A stretch of 64,000 nt of DNA from Candidatus Omnitrophota bacterium (GTDB taxonomy: Bacteria > Omnitrophota > Gorgyraeia > JACQQV01), in the NCBI GenBank assembly GCA_016206785.1, contig JACQQV010000028.1, positions 5,438 through 69,437 of the forward strand, given 5' to 3'. The translations under genes were made by a program, and so were the position numbers. Shown piece by piece: positions 48,104 to 60,073 of this stretch; positions within the stretch are counted from its first letter, which is position 1, and every line of letters begins with the position of its first letter. The notes under the pieces are model-generated. The model was not told where the DNA came from and searched no databases. It saw only the letters and a list, made by a program, of their open reading frames with translations.

Positions 48104-49175
48104 TAAAAAACGTCTTATTTTTCCTAACATTGTCTGAATAGGTCAGTTATGCCAGAATTAAGAAAGGATCCGGTCGTCGGCCGTTGGATGATTATCGCTA
48201 CGGAACGGTCAAAACGGCCGACCGATTTTGAAGGAGGTCACACGCAGCCCCAAGAGGAAGGTCCCTGCCCTTTTTGCCAAGGGCATGAATCGGAGACCCC
48301 TCCTGAAATCTTCTCATTGCGTCAGCCCGGCACAAAACCGGATAGCCCAGGTTGGGATGTGCGAGTGGTTTCCAACGTCTCTCCCATTCTTCGAATCGAA
48401 GGGGACATCCAGCGACGGGCAAAGGGGATGTATGACACGATGCATGGCCTCGGAGCCCACGAGGTCATCATTGAGACACCTCACCATGCCCGGAACATGG
48501 CGGACCTTGAAAGGGCCCAGATTGCCAAAGTCCTGACCGCCTATGCCCAACGTCTCAATGACCTCGACAGGGATCCCCGTTTCAAATACGTTCTGATCTT
48601 CAAAAATCATGGGCTCGCCGCCGGAGGGGGAGATATCCTCCATACCCGCTCGCAGTTGATCGCCATGGCGGTCAACCCGAAACTCATTAAGGAAGAGTTG
48701 TTGGGTGCCCACCGCTATTTTGATTACCGGGAACGGTGCATCTTCTGCGATATCATCCAGCAGGAACTGGAAACAGGGGAACGGATTGTAGCGGAAACAG
48801 ATACGATGGTCGGTTTCTGTCCTTATGCCTCGCCCTTCCCATTTGAAATGTGGGTCCTTCCCAAGCGCCACAGCCCCGACTTCGGGAAAATTTCTGAAGT
48901 GGAAAAATGGGACATGGCGTCGGTCTTGAAGACGGCCCTTTCCAAACTGTCCCAAGCGCTCCAGGACCCTCCTTATAATTATGTCCTGCACACCGCTCCC
49001 TTCCGTCGGGAAAAGTTGGGATATTGGAAAACGATTGAGGAAGATTTTCACTGGCACCTGGAGATTATGCCGCGACTGACGAAGGTTGCCGGCTTTGAAT
49101 GGGGATCGGGGGTCTACATCAACCCGACGCCGCCGGAAGAGGCGGCTGCGTATTTGAGGAAACTGGAGACAACGG

Positions 49176-51243
<2,068 letters not shown>

Positions 51244-51265
51244 AAATGCCCGAGGGACTACGACG

Positions 51266-52465
51266 ATGTCCCAGAAGCTGACGATTCGGGACCTTGATCT
51301 GCGCGGGAAAAGGGTTCTCATCCGTGTCGATTATAACGTTCCGCTCAATACAAAATTTGCGGTGACGGATGACAGAAGGATTCGCGCAACCTTACCGACC
51401 CTTCGCTATGGCCGTGACAAGGGGGCGCGCATGGTTTTGATGAGCCATCTCGGTCGACCCGACGGGAAAATCGTGGAGGAACTCCGGATGGCACCTGTAG
51501 CACGTCGCCTTGGGGAACTCCTCGGTCATTCGGTACAGTACACCCGGGATTGTATCGGAGAGGACGTGCTCCGTCATTCCAAAGAGCTACGGGCGGGAGA
51601 CATGCTCCTCCTTGAAAATGTGCGGTTTCATGCCGAGGAGGAGAAAAACGACCCTGACTTTGCCCAGAGACTCTCGCAACTCGGGGATGTCTATGTCAAC
51701 GACGCCTTCGGGACCGCCCACCGGGCTCACGCCTCGACCACGGGGGTGGCAAAATTCCTCCCGGCCGCGATGGGGTTTTTGATGGAAAGGGAGGTGGAAG
51801 CCCTTTCTAAAATTTTAAAAAATCCAGAGCGCCCCTTTGCCATGATTATTGGAGGAGCAAAGGTTTCGGACAAAGTGGGAATTTTTGAAAATTTGATCGC
51901 TTCCCTGGATATGCTTCTCATCGGCGGGGCGATGGCCTATACTTTCCTGAAAGTTCAGGGTCTCTCCGTCGGAAAATCGAAGGTGGAGGAGGAGAAACTC
52001 GATCTTGCAAAGGAACTCCTTTCAAAAATGGAGAAGAGAAACCTCCTCCTAAAACTTCCCATCGATCACGTGACGGCATCCGTTTCTCTCAAGCCGAGCC
52101 CTCCCACGGAGCGGTTCGTCCGAAAGAAAGAAATTCCTGAGAATGAATTCGGATATGATATCGGCCCTGAAACGGTAAAGGGTTTTGAAGAAGCCCTTTC
52201 AAAAGCAAAGACCGTTCTTTGGAACGGTCCTTTAGGCGTTTTTGAAAATGTCCTCTTCGAGAAAGGGACGCGGGAGATCGCTGAATTTTTAGCGAAACAA
52301 AAGGGGATGACGACCATCCTCGGAGGGGGGGATACCGCCGCGGCGATTGCCCAATTCAAACTGACCGACCGGATGACCCATGTCTCAACCGGCGGCGGTG
52401 CGAGCCTTGAGTTTCTCGAAGGAAAAGTTTTACCCGGAATCGCTGCGTTGACCGACAAAAAGTAG
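51266..52465 (+). CDS. pgk: phosphoglycerate kinase
   Basis: DLDLRGKRVLIRVDYNVP...MSHLGRP...GGGASLEFLEGK. Confidence 0.95.
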   Translation: MSQKLTIRDLDLRGKRVLIRVDYNVPLNTKFAVTDDRRIRATLPTLRYGRDKGARMVLMSHLGRPDGKIVEELRMAPVARRLGELLGHSVQYTRDCIGEDVLRHSKELRAGDMLLLENVRFHAEEEKNDPDFAQRLSQLGDVYVNDAFGTAHRAHASTTGVAKFLPAAMGFLMEREVEALSKILKNPERPFAMIIGGAKVSDKVGIFENLIASLDMLLIGGAMAYTFLKVQGLSVGKSKVEEEKLDLAKELLSKMEKRNLLLKLPIDHVTASVSLKPSPPTERFVRKKEIPENEFGYDIGPETVKGFEEALSKAKTVLWNGPLGVFENVLFEKGTREIAEFLAKQKGMTTILGGGDTAAAIAQFKLTDRMTHVSTGGGASLEFLEGKVLPGIAALTDKK

Positions 52466-52471
52466 ATTACA

Positions 52472-53248
52472 ATGCGTAAAATACTGATTGCTGGAAACTG
52501 GAAAATGTATAAGACGGTGGAGGAATCGGTCGCTTTTGCCAAAAGGCTTCGACAAGAGCTCCCGGAAACCGAAGGGATCACTGTAGCGATTTGCCCTCCT
52601 TTCACCTCCCTTTCCTCTGTTTCAGAGATCCTTCGCGGATCTCAAATCGCTCTCGGGGCACAAGATGTTCACTTTGAGGAAGAAGGTGCTTTTACCGGAG
52701 AGGTGTCTCCAAAGATGCTTGTCGCCGCAGGATGCCGGTATGTCATTATCGGTCACTCCGAAAGACGGGCCTATTTCTCAGAGACGAATGCGCTCATCCA
52801 TCAAAAACTTCGTGCATCCCTCCGGAGCGGTCTTACGCCGATTCTCTGCGTCGGGGAACGGCTTGAAGAAAGGGAAAAGGGGAAGACCTTTGAGGTGGTG
52901 GAAAACCACATGAGCGTTTTGAAGGGGATCGAAAAGGAAGAGGTCAAAAAGGTCGTGATGGCGTATGAACCGGTTTGGGCGATCGGAACCGGAAAGACCG
53001 CCACACCCGCGCAGGCACAAGAGGTCCACGTGGTTCTACGGAAACTTCTTCAAACATTTTATGACGCAGAGGTTTCTCAATCAACCCGGATCCTTTACGG
53101 AGGAAGTGTGAAGCCTGAAAATAGCGAGGCCCTTGTCAGGGAAGCCGATATCGACGGGGCGCTGGTGGGGGGGGCGAGCCTCGAGGTGCCCTCCTTCATC
53201 AAAATCATTCAAGGGGCCCAATCCAAAATAAAGAGTGGTGTCCAATGA
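52472..53248 (+). CDS. tpiA: triosephosphate isomerase
   Basis: IAGNWKMYKT...IIGHSERR...AYEPVWAIGTGKTAT. Confidence 0.95.
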   Translation: MRKILIAGNWKMYKTVEESVAFAKRLRQELPETEGITVAICPPFTSLSSVSEILRGSQIALGAQDVHFEEEGAFTGEVSPKMLVAAGCRYVIIGHSERRAYFSETNALIHQKLRASLRSGLTPILCVGERLEEREKGKTFEVVENHMSVLKGIEKEEVKKVVMAYEPVWAIGTGKTATPAQAQEVHVVLRKLLQTFYDAEVSQSTRILYGGSVKPENSEALVREADIDGALVGGASLEVPSFIKIIQGAQSKIKSGVQ

Positions 53249-53616
53249 TTTTCCTTGTGGTTCTCCATGTGATCGTATCCCTCGTGTTAATTCTTGTCAT
53301 TCTCCTTCAGGCAGGAAAAGGGGGGGGTCTCTCCGAATCGTTCGGTGGAGCCTCACAGCAGCTTTTTGGAACAAAAAGTTCCACCTTTCTCAACCGGGCC
53401 ACAGCGATCTGTGCGATCCTTTTCCTTCTGACCTGTCTTTCCCTCGGGATCCTCTCCAGTCACGGCCGGAGGTCTCTCATGGAAAATGCCCCTCCCGGCC
53501 AAGCAGCGTCTGAGGGAAAGAGGGAGGACTCGACGGCGCCGGTGGCATTCCCTTCGGAAAAAGGGGAAACTCCAACGACGGGGACTCCAGAAGAAAAAAG
53601 TGAAAAGACTCCGTAG
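53245..53616 (+). CDS. secG: preprotein translocase subunit SecG (with C-terminal extension)
   Basis: VLILVILLQAGKGGGLSESFGG...FLNRATAICAILFL; follows tpiA as in the conserved gap-pgk-tpiA-secG arrangement. Confidence 0.85.
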   Translation: MIFLVVLHVIVSLVLILVILLQAGKGGGLSESFGGASQQLFGTKSSTFLNRATAICAILFLLTCLSLGILSSHGRRSLMENAPPGQAASEGKREDSTAPVAFPSEKGETPTTGTPEEKSEKTP

Positions 53617-55270
53617 CAGAGTCCAAAACATTTTTGTTCAAAAGAAACCGCTTTTCAGAGCGGTTTTTTTGTTTCTTTGGATGAGCACCCTTCCCGCGTG
53701 CGGGACCAAACCCTCTGCACCTACCGGCCTCTCTTTCGAGGGAGGGCCGGTTTATGGGGATATGTTCGTGGCGGGCTCGATTGCTGAGCCGAAGAACCTT
53801 ATCCCGATTCTTGCCTCGGACAGCGCATCAGGCGCCATCGTCGGCGAGGTCTTTAACGGTCTTGTGAAATATGACGAGAAGATCACGCTTGTCGGAGACC
53901 TTGCCGAACGATGGGAGGTTGAACGGGAAGGGCTCGAGATTATTTTTTATTTAAGGAAGGGGGTGAGGTGGCACGACGGACGCCCCTTTACCGCGGACGA
54001 CGTTCTCTTTACTTACCAGAAACTCATCGATCCGACAGTGAAAACCCCCTATAGTGGTGATTTTGAAAAGGTGGAGCGCCTCGAAAAACTCGACGATTAC
54101 ACCGTGAAGGTCCTCTATAAAGAGCCCTTTTCCCCGGGGCTGGCCAGTTGGGGGATGTCGATCATGCCCAAGCACATTTTGGAAAAGGAGGATTTCAACA
54201 AGAGTCCTTTTTCAAGACAGCCGATCGGGACAGGCCCCTACCGTTTTAAGCGTTGGAAGACGGGACAATTTGTGGAACTTGAAGCAAACGCCGACTATTT
54301 CGAAGGGCGCCCCTATATCGGCCGGTATCTTTACCGGATTATCCCTGACCAGTCGACCCTCTTCTTGGAACTCCGGGCAGAAGGGGTTGATTCGCTTGGG
54401 TTATCCCCGCTCCAGTATCGCCGTCAGACCGAGAATCACTTTTTCAAAAAGAGCTACCGGAAGTTTCGCTATCCCAGTTTCGGCTACACCTATATCGGTT
54501 ATAACCTTTCCGATCCCCGTTTTAGCGACCCCCGGATTCGGAAAGCGCTCACCCTCGCTGTGAACCGGCAAGAGATCATTGACAAAATTCTCCTCGGGCT
54601 CGGGAAAGAATGTACTGGCCCATTTGTTCATGAATCATGGGCCTACCATCCCGATGTAAAACCCCTCCCTTATGATCCGGAGGAAGCGAAACGTCTTTTG
54701 GCAGAGGGGGGGTGGCGCGACACAGACGGAGATGGATGGCTTGATCAAGAGGGAAAACCTTTTGAGTTTACCCTTCTCGTCAATCAGGGAAATGAAGAAC
54801 GGAAACTCATCGCGGAACTTGTGCAGCGGGAGTGGCAGAGGCTCGGGATCAAGGTAAAAATCAGGGTGATTGAATGGGCGGCCTTTATCACCGAGTTTAT
54901 CGACAAAAAGCGCTTCGAGGCCTTTATCCTCGGCTGGGCCCTTTCGCGCGATCCGGACCTCTACGACATCTGGCACTCTTCAAAGACACGGGAAGGGGAA
55001 TTCAATTTCATCCAGTACAAAAATCACGAGGTGGATCAATTGATAGAGGAGGGAAGACGGATTTTCGACCAGGAAAAGCGGAAGACCATTTACCACAAAC
55101 TTCACCAACTCATTTATCATGACCAGCCTTGCACTTTTTTGTATGTGGCAGACACCCTCCCGATTGTCCATGCGCGCTTTCGGGGAATCAAACCTGCCCC
55201 GATCGGGATCGGGTACAATTTCATCAAATGGTATGTTCCGAAGCCGGAACAGAAATATATCACCCCATGA
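53600..55270 (+). CDS. ABC transporter substrate-binding lipoprotein, family 5 (OppA/DppA-like)
   Basis: Lipoprotein-type signal ...[20 protein letters not shown]|GT; family-5 SBP length and blocks. The start is uncertain (GTG 53600, ATT 53630 or ATG 53681), and the signal-peptide coding region overlaps the terminator hairpin. Confidence 0.7.
   Translation: MKRLRSRVQNIFVQKKPLFRAVFLFLWMSTLPACGTKPSAPTGLSFEGGPVYGDMFVAGSIAEPKNLIPILASDSASGAIVGEVFNGLVKYDEKITLVGDLAERWEVEREGLEIIFYLRKGVRWHDGRPFTADDVLFTYQKLIDPTVKTPYSGDFEKVERLEKLDDYTVKVLYKEPFSPGLASWGMSIMPKHILEKEDFNKSPFSRQPIGTGPYRFKRWKTGQFVELEANADYFEGRPYIGRYLYRIIPDQSTLFLELRAEGVDSLGLSPLQYRRQTENHFFKKSYRKFRYPSFGYTYIGYNLSDPRFSDPRIRKALTLAVNRQEIIDKILLGLGKECTGPFVHESWAYHPDVKPLPYDPEEAKRLLAEGGWRDTDGDGWLDQEGKPFEFTLLVNQGNEERKLIAELVQREWQRLGIKVKIRVIEWAAFITEFIDKKRFEAFILGWALSRDPDLYDIWHSSKTREGEFNFIQYKNHEVDQLIEEGRRIFDQEKRKTIYHKLHQLIYHDQPCTFLYVADTLPIVHARFRGIKPAPIGIGYNFIKWYVPKPEQKYITP
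53645..53678 (+). terminator. rho-independent terminator-like hairpin + T-tract after secG
   Basis: AAACCGCT-TTTCAG-AGCGGTTT stem (8 bp) followed by TTTTTTTGTTTCTTT; read directly. Confidence 0.5.
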
Positions 55271-56256
55271 CGCAGTATCTCTTAAAACAGATCCTTTCCC
55301 GCATCCCGATTCTCTTAGGAATCACACTCATCACTTTTATGGTGATCCACCTTGCGCCGGGAAAGCCGACCGACCTTCAAACGGAACTAAACCCGAAGGT
55401 CTCTTATGAGGCGCGGCAGCGGCTTGAAAAACTTTATGGACTCGACAGACCCTTGACCGTCCAGTATGGCGATTGGCTTTTTCGCCTCATGCGGTTCGAT
55501 TTCGGAAGATCCTTTCAGGACGACCGACCGGTTCTCGAGAAAATCTTGGAGCGGATTCCGATCACCCTTGCGATTAACCTTCTTTCCCTTATCCTCATCT
55601 TCGCCATCGCACTTCCGATCGGTGTGCTTTCCGCCGTAAAACAGCATTCGCTTTTTGACAAATCGGTCACCCTTTTTGTCTTTATCGGTTTTGCAGCCCC
55701 CGAATTTTGGATTGCATTACTCCTTATGGAACTTTTCGGGGTGACGCTCGGCTGGCTCCCTGTGTCAGGCATCAGGTCCTTCGGTTCTGAAACCCTTCCG
55801 TGGTTTTTGCAGATGGTCGATGTCGGAAAGCACCTTATCCTCCCTTTATTTATCGCCGCCTTCGGAAGTCTTGCCGGACTTTCCCGTTACATGCGGGGGA
55901 GTATGCTCAATGTGATCCGACAAGACTACATCCGGACCGCCCGCGCCAAAGGACTTTCGGAACATGTCGTGATTTACAAACATGCCCTTCGGAATGCCCT
56001 TCTCCCGGTTGTGACGATTTTGGGACTTTCGGTGCCGGGGCTTATCGGAGGAAGTGTCATTTTTGAGACGATTTTTGGAATTCCGGGAATGGGGAAACTC
56101 TTTTTTGACGGCGTCATGGCGCGCGATTATCCCACCCTTATGGGAATTTTGGTGATCGGTGCGGTCCTTACGCTTCTGGGGAATTTTCTTGCAGACCTTG
56201 CCTACGGCTGGGTCGACCCGAGGATCCGTCTTAAAGGGGAAAAGGTCAAAGGATGA
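55267..56256 (+). CDS. oppB: oligopeptide/dipeptide ABC transporter permease (OppB/DppB-like)
   Basis: [32 protein letters not shown]...EAA-like motif IRTARAKGL. Confidence 0.85.
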   Translation: MTQYLLKQILSRIPILLGITLITFMVIHLAPGKPTDLQTELNPKVSYEARQRLEKLYGLDRPLTVQYGDWLFRLMRFDFGRSFQDDRPVLEKILERIPITLAINLLSLILIFAIALPIGVLSAVKQHSLFDKSVTLFVFIGFAAPEFWIALLLMELFGVTLGWLPVSGIRSFGSETLPWFLQMVDVGKHLILPLFIAAFGSLAGLSRYMRGSMLNVIRQDYIRTARAKGLSEHVVIYKHALRNALLPVVTILGLSVPGLIGGSVIFETIFGIPGMGKLFFDGVMARDYPTLMGILVIGAVLTLLGNFLADLAYGWVDPRIRLKGEKVKG

Positions 56257-57086
56257 AGCGGCTCCTTCGGAATAAGCTTGCGTTTTTTGGCCTTGTCCTT
56301 GTCGTTCTTCTTGCCCTTGTCGCACTCCTTGCACCTTTGCTCGCCTCTCACGATCCTTCCGCCATCGACCTTTCAAACCGTCTTGTCGGTCCCTCATGGA
56401 GACATCCTTTGGGGACCGACCAACTCGGAAGGGACCTTCTCTCTCGAATGATTTACGGTTCACGCATTTCACTTTCCGTCGGATTTGTGGCGGTCGGGAT
56501 CTCTGTTCTCATCGGCATTGCACTCGGTTCCATCGCCGGATACTTCGGTGGCCGGATCGACACCCTCATCATGCGATTTGTCGACATCATGCTCTGTTTC
56601 CCCACCTTTTTCCTCATCCTTTCTGTCATCGCCCTTCTTGAACCGAATATCTTTACCATCATGGCAGTGATCGGGGTGACTTCTTGGATGGGGGTGGCCC
56701 GTTTGATTCGTGCAGAGATTTTGTCTTTGAAAGAGCAGGAATTTATCTTAGCGGCGCGCGCGATCGGGGCAGGACCTTTCCGGATGATCGTGCGGCATCT
56801 CGTCCCGAATGCGATCACGCCTGTTTTGGTAAGCGCCACCCTCGGCATTGCAGCGGCAATCCTGGTCGAATCGTCACTCAGTTTTTTAGGGATCGGCGTT
56901 CAGCCCCCTACGCCGAGTTGGGGGAACATTTTAACAGAAGGAAAATCGGTCCTCGGGATCGCCTGGTGGCTTACTTTATTTCCGGGTCTTGCGATTCTCA
57001 TTACGGTGTTGGCGTACAACCTCCTCGGCGAAGGATTGCGGGATCTCCTCGATCCACGGTTGAGAGACCAGGTGCAGAGTAAGTAG
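56253..57086 (+). CDS. oppC: oligopeptide/dipeptide ABC transporter permease (OppC/DppC-like)
   Basis: Six TM helices; ...[22 protein letters not shown] permease signature. Confidence 0.85.
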   Translation: MKRLLRNKLAFFGLVLVVLLALVALLAPLLASHDPSAIDLSNRLVGPSWRHPLGTDQLGRDLLSRMIYGSRISLSVGFVAVGISVLIGIALGSIAGYFGGRIDTLIMRFVDIMLCFPTFFLILSVIALLEPNIFTIMAVIGVTSWMGVARLIRAEILSLKEQEFILAARAIGAGPFRMIVRHLVPNAITPVLVSATLGIAAAILVESSLSFLGIGVQPPTPSWGNILTEGKSVLGIAWWLTLFPGLAILITVLAYNLLGEGLRDLLDPRLRDQVQSK

Positions 57087-57127
57087 TTGCCGTGGAAACC
57101 ACGTCAACTTTCAATCAAGGTTAAGAA

Positions 57128-57910
57128 ATGGGTTCACTACTCGAAATCCAAAACCTGTGTATTTCTTTTGGGCCGTTCAAGGCGGTCGATGGGGTGGGTC
57201 TCACGCTTAAGGAGGGAGAGTTTTTCGCGCTCGTTGGTGAAAGCGGTTCTGGAAAGACTTTAACTGCCCTTTCAGTGACCCGCCTCCTTCCGAGCGCCGC
57301 AACCCTTGAAAGCGGCAAAGTCCTTTTCCAAGGAGAAGATCTTCTTTCTTTAGGCGAGGGGGCGTTGCGTGCCTTTCGGGGAGGAAAAATAAGTTATGTT
57401 TTTCAGGAACCTTCCACTTCCTTAAATCCGGTTCTTACGATTGGGGATCAAATCATGGAAGTGATTCTCCTCCACGGACGGGACGATCAAAAGGAAGCGC
57501 GGAGGGAAGCGATTGTCCTGTTGGAGAAGGTGGGGATCCCCTCCACCCCAACGATCCTTGAAGCATATCCGCACCAGCTTTCAGGGGGAATGAAACAGCG
57601 GGCGATGATCGCGATGGCGCTTGTATCGCATCCCACCCTCCTCATCGCGGATGAACCCACGACAGCACTCGATGTGACCATTCAAGCCCAGATCCTCGAA
57701 CTTCTTTTAGAGATGAAGCGTGAATTGTCTCTCACCATTTTCTTCATCACCCATGACTTGGGACTTGTTTCCGCGATTGCGGATCATGTGGCGGTCATGC
57801 AGAAGGGGAAGATTGTCGAAGAAGGAGAATGCGCGCAGATTTTCTCACGTCCCAAACATCCCTATACGGAGATGCTTTTACAATGCATGGAATTCAAAAC
57901 GCTCTCTTAG
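57128..57910 (+). CDS. oppD: ABC transporter ATP-binding protein (OppD/DppD-like)
   Basis: Walker A GESGSGKT, signature LSGGMKQR, Walker B LLIADEPTTALD. Confidence 0.9.
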   Translation: MGSLLEIQNLCISFGPFKAVDGVGLTLKEGEFFALVGESGSGKTLTALSVTRLLPSAATLESGKVLFQGEDLLSLGEGALRAFRGGKISYVFQEPSTSLNPVLTIGDQIMEVILLHGRDDQKEARREAIVLLEKVGIPSTPTILEAYPHQLSGGMKQRAMIAMALVSHPTLLIADEPTTALDVTIQAQILELLLEMKRELSLTIFFITHDLGLVSAIADHVAVMQKGKIVEEGECAQIFSRPKHPYTEMLLQCMEFKTLS

Positions 57911-58857
57911 AAGTCGAGAATCTCCGAAAGGAGTTTCCGATTGAAAGGGGCCTCCTTCGAAAAGAAAAAGGAAAGGTGCAGGCCCTTTCCGGCGTCAGTT
58001 TTGAAATCCAGGAAGGGGAAATCATCGGCCTTGTTGGAGAATCAGGCTGTGGGAAGACGACTCTCGCGAAACTGATCCTACGGCTCCTTTTCCCGAACGG
58101 AGGAGAAATCCGTTATCAGGGGAAAGATCTTTTGACTCTCGAAGGAAAGGAGCTTAAAGCGTTCCGGAGAGAAATCCAGATGGTTTTTCAGGATCCCTTC
58201 GGTTCCTTAAACCCGAGAATGAAGATTAAAGAGATTGTTGGGGAACCGCTCCTCATTCATGGAATCGGATCAAGTAAAGAAAGACACAGGAAAGTGATCG
58301 ATCTCCTTGAATCGGTCGGGCTTCAGGAACTTCATGCAGGGCGCTACCCCCATGAGTTTAGCGGGGGGGAGAGGCAGCGGATCGGGATCGCGCGCTCCCT
58401 TGCGCTTTCGCCGAGGCTTTTAGTTCTGGATGAGCCGGTCTCAAGCCTTGACCTTTCGATTCAAGCACAGATCCTCCGGCTTCTTCTTTCGCTCAAGAAG
58501 GAAAGAAACCTCACCTATCTTTTCATCTCTCATGATCTTCGGGTCGTTTCAAAAATGAGCGATCGCGTGTTGGTGATGTATTTAGGGAAAATTGTGGAGA
58601 GCGGCACGACCACAGAAATTTTTGAAAAACCGGAACATCCGTATACCCGCGCACTTCTTGCAAGTCAACCCCAAACCATCAAGGAAAAGGGATTCAAAGG
58701 GATCCCGAAGGGGGAAATTCCTTCACCGGCGAATCCTCCTTCCGGCTGTCGCTATCGCACCCGTTGCCCTCATGCTGAAAAGAAGTGCGCCGAAGAAGAG
58801 CCCCTTCTTCTCGAACGAACTCCAGGTCACTTCGTTGCGTGTCATTTTGAGTTGTAA
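57883..58857 (+). CDS. oppF: ABC transporter ATP-binding protein (OppF/DppF-like) with C-terminal oligopeptide-transporter domain
   Basis: GESGCGKTT, FSGGERQR, LLVLDEPVSSLD; C-terminal CRYRTRCPHAEKKC block. Confidence 0.9.
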   Translation: MHGIQNALLEVENLRKEFPIERGLLRKEKGKVQALSGVSFEIQEGEIIGLVGESGCGKTTLAKLILRLLFPNGGEIRYQGKDLLTLEGKELKAFRREIQMVFQDPFGSLNPRMKIKEIVGEPLLIHGIGSSKERHRKVIDLLESVGLQELHAGRYPHEFSGGERQRIGIARSLALSPRLLVLDEPVSSLDLSIQAQILRLLLSLKKERNLTYLFISHDLRVVSKMSDRVLVMYLGKIVESGTTTEIFEKPEHPYTRALLASQPQTIKEKGFKGIPKGEIPSPANPPSGCRYRTRCPHAEKKCAEEEPLLLERTPGHFVACHFEL

Positions 58858-58904
58858 GATTCGGTAGGCGTGATAGAATCAGTATAGGAAACCAGCGGAG
58901 CGCT

Positions 58905-59771
58905 GTGCCTGACCCTAAAAAACTTCCTTATCTTTTAAAACTTCTGGAGGATGAGTCGCAACTCGTACAGGAGGCGGTCCTCAAGGAACTCGCCGCCTTT
59001 GGGCCGTCGCTTGAGGAGGAACTCGCCCGCCTTCCCGAAGCGATGAACGCCCAAAAGCGGCAAGTGCTCAAAACCCTTCTTGCGGACGATGAGAGAAAGT
59101 GGCTCAAACAGATCTGGCCCTCTTGGTTTCGGCTTGAAGGAGATCGAGAAAAGCTGGAGGCGGCCTTGACCCTCCTTTCCGAATTTCAGAGCGGCCGGCA
59201 CTATCCAGCAAAACTGAAAGCCCTTCTCGACGTGCTCTCCGAGGAGTATCAGGCCTCCACCCCCCAAAAAGATGAAGCCACCCTTGCCGATTTTCTATTC
59301 AAGGTGAAGCAGTTGAAGGGGGCGGAGGAGGACTATTACAACCCGCAGAACTCAAACCTCATTTATGTGATCGAGAAAAAGCGGGGGATCCCGATCAGCC
59401 TGGCCTGTGTCTATATCCTTGTTGGACATCGGCTCGGCCTCAACGTAGAGGGATGCAACTTCCCCGGTCATTTCCTGGCCCGCATACGGCCGGAGGGGCA
59501 CACGATTTTTGTCGACTGTTTCAACGACGGGACGTTCCTCGAAGAGAAAGAGATCCTCGCAATGAACACGGATTCCTTCCAATCCCTCAAAGAGATTTTC
59601 GATGCGGATACAGATGCCGAGACGATGATGAACCGCGTCCTCCGGAACCTTGTCGGGGCGTATCAACAGGCCGGCGATGCGGCGAATAGTTATCTCATGT
59701 TCGAACTCCTCAATATCCTGGAGAGAGACCGTCTCGGACAGACCGACCGCGACGACATCCGGTTTAATTAG
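58905..59771 (+). CDS. transglutaminase-like / TPR protein (YchA/SirB1-like, UPF0162)
   Basis: ...NLIYVIEKKRGIPISLACVYILVGHRLGLNVEGCNFPGHFLARI: conserved Cys and His of the transglutaminase-like core; helical TPR-like C-terminus. Confidence 0.6.
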   Translation: MPDPKKLPYLLKLLEDESQLVQEAVLKELAAFGPSLEEELARLPEAMNAQKRQVLKTLLADDERKWLKQIWPSWFRLEGDREKLEAALTLLSEFQSGRHYPAKLKALLDVLSEEYQASTPQKDEATLADFLFKVKQLKGAEEDYYNPQNSNLIYVIEKKRGIPISLACVYILVGHRLGLNVEGCNFPGHFLARIRPEGHTIFVDCFNDGTFLEEKEILAMNTDSFQSLKEIFDADTDAETMMNRVLRNLVGAYQQAGDAANSYLMFELLNILERDRLGQTDRDDIRFN

Positions 59772-60015
59772 AAGAAAAGATCGACTCTTCGGGAATCTCT
59801 CTTCTGCATCGGTCCTTTTTATCCTTCACGATCTTTTAGAATCAGGAGAAGCAAAACGGGGGGACTTGGGACTCTCGGCCTCCGTGGGGCCCGGATTTGC
59901 GATGGAGGCGGTTCTCCTCCAGTGGTAAGTTATTTCAGTTCCTTGGGAAGGTTCTCGATCTTGGAGGCGAGGATAATAGACGAGTAGAAAGCGGGGCCGA
60001 AGAAAATAGAACCGT

Positions 60016-60068
60016 CCCCTAATTTCTAATTTGCCCTAATTTGGTCCCCTAATTTGCAATATGCAAAT
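60016..60068. repeat. short direct-repeat array (CCCTAATTTG-like, 3-4 copies) ending in a TTGCAATATGCAA palindrome, immediately 3' of the RHS gene
   Basis: tCCCCTAATTTC TAATTTG CCCTAATTTG gTCCCCTAATTTG CAATATGCAAAT read directly from the sequence. Confidence 0.5.
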
Positions 60069-60073
60069 CACCA

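Noticed and set aside
58893-58905. Small palindrome CAGCG-GAG-CGCTG just upstream of the transglutaminase-like gene start.
   Set aside because: The stem is only 5 bp, it overlaps the presumed GTG start and has no T-tract, so the evidence is insufficient to call a regulatory element.
59650-59928. 92-aa plus-strand ORF overlapping the 3' end of the transglutaminase-like gene and running into the convergent intergenic region.
   Set aside because: It overlaps a supported gene out of frame, has no RBS and a low-complexity translation. It was considered as a candidate RHS immunity gene but is on the wrong strand and position for co-transcription.
60016-60068. The short direct repeats were considered as a CRISPR array.
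   Set aside because: The units are only about 10 bp, irregularly spaced, without spacers of uniform length and without cas genes. They are reported as a repeat or possible binding array instead.
59772-60073. Search for an RHS immunity gene in the 300 bp downstream of the toxin. Only a 13-codon (ATG CAG AAG...) and a roughly 25-codon ATC-initiated frame exist on the minus strand.
   Set aside because: They are too short and lack an RBS-plus-start context, so they are not called as genes. The absence itself is reported as a finding.
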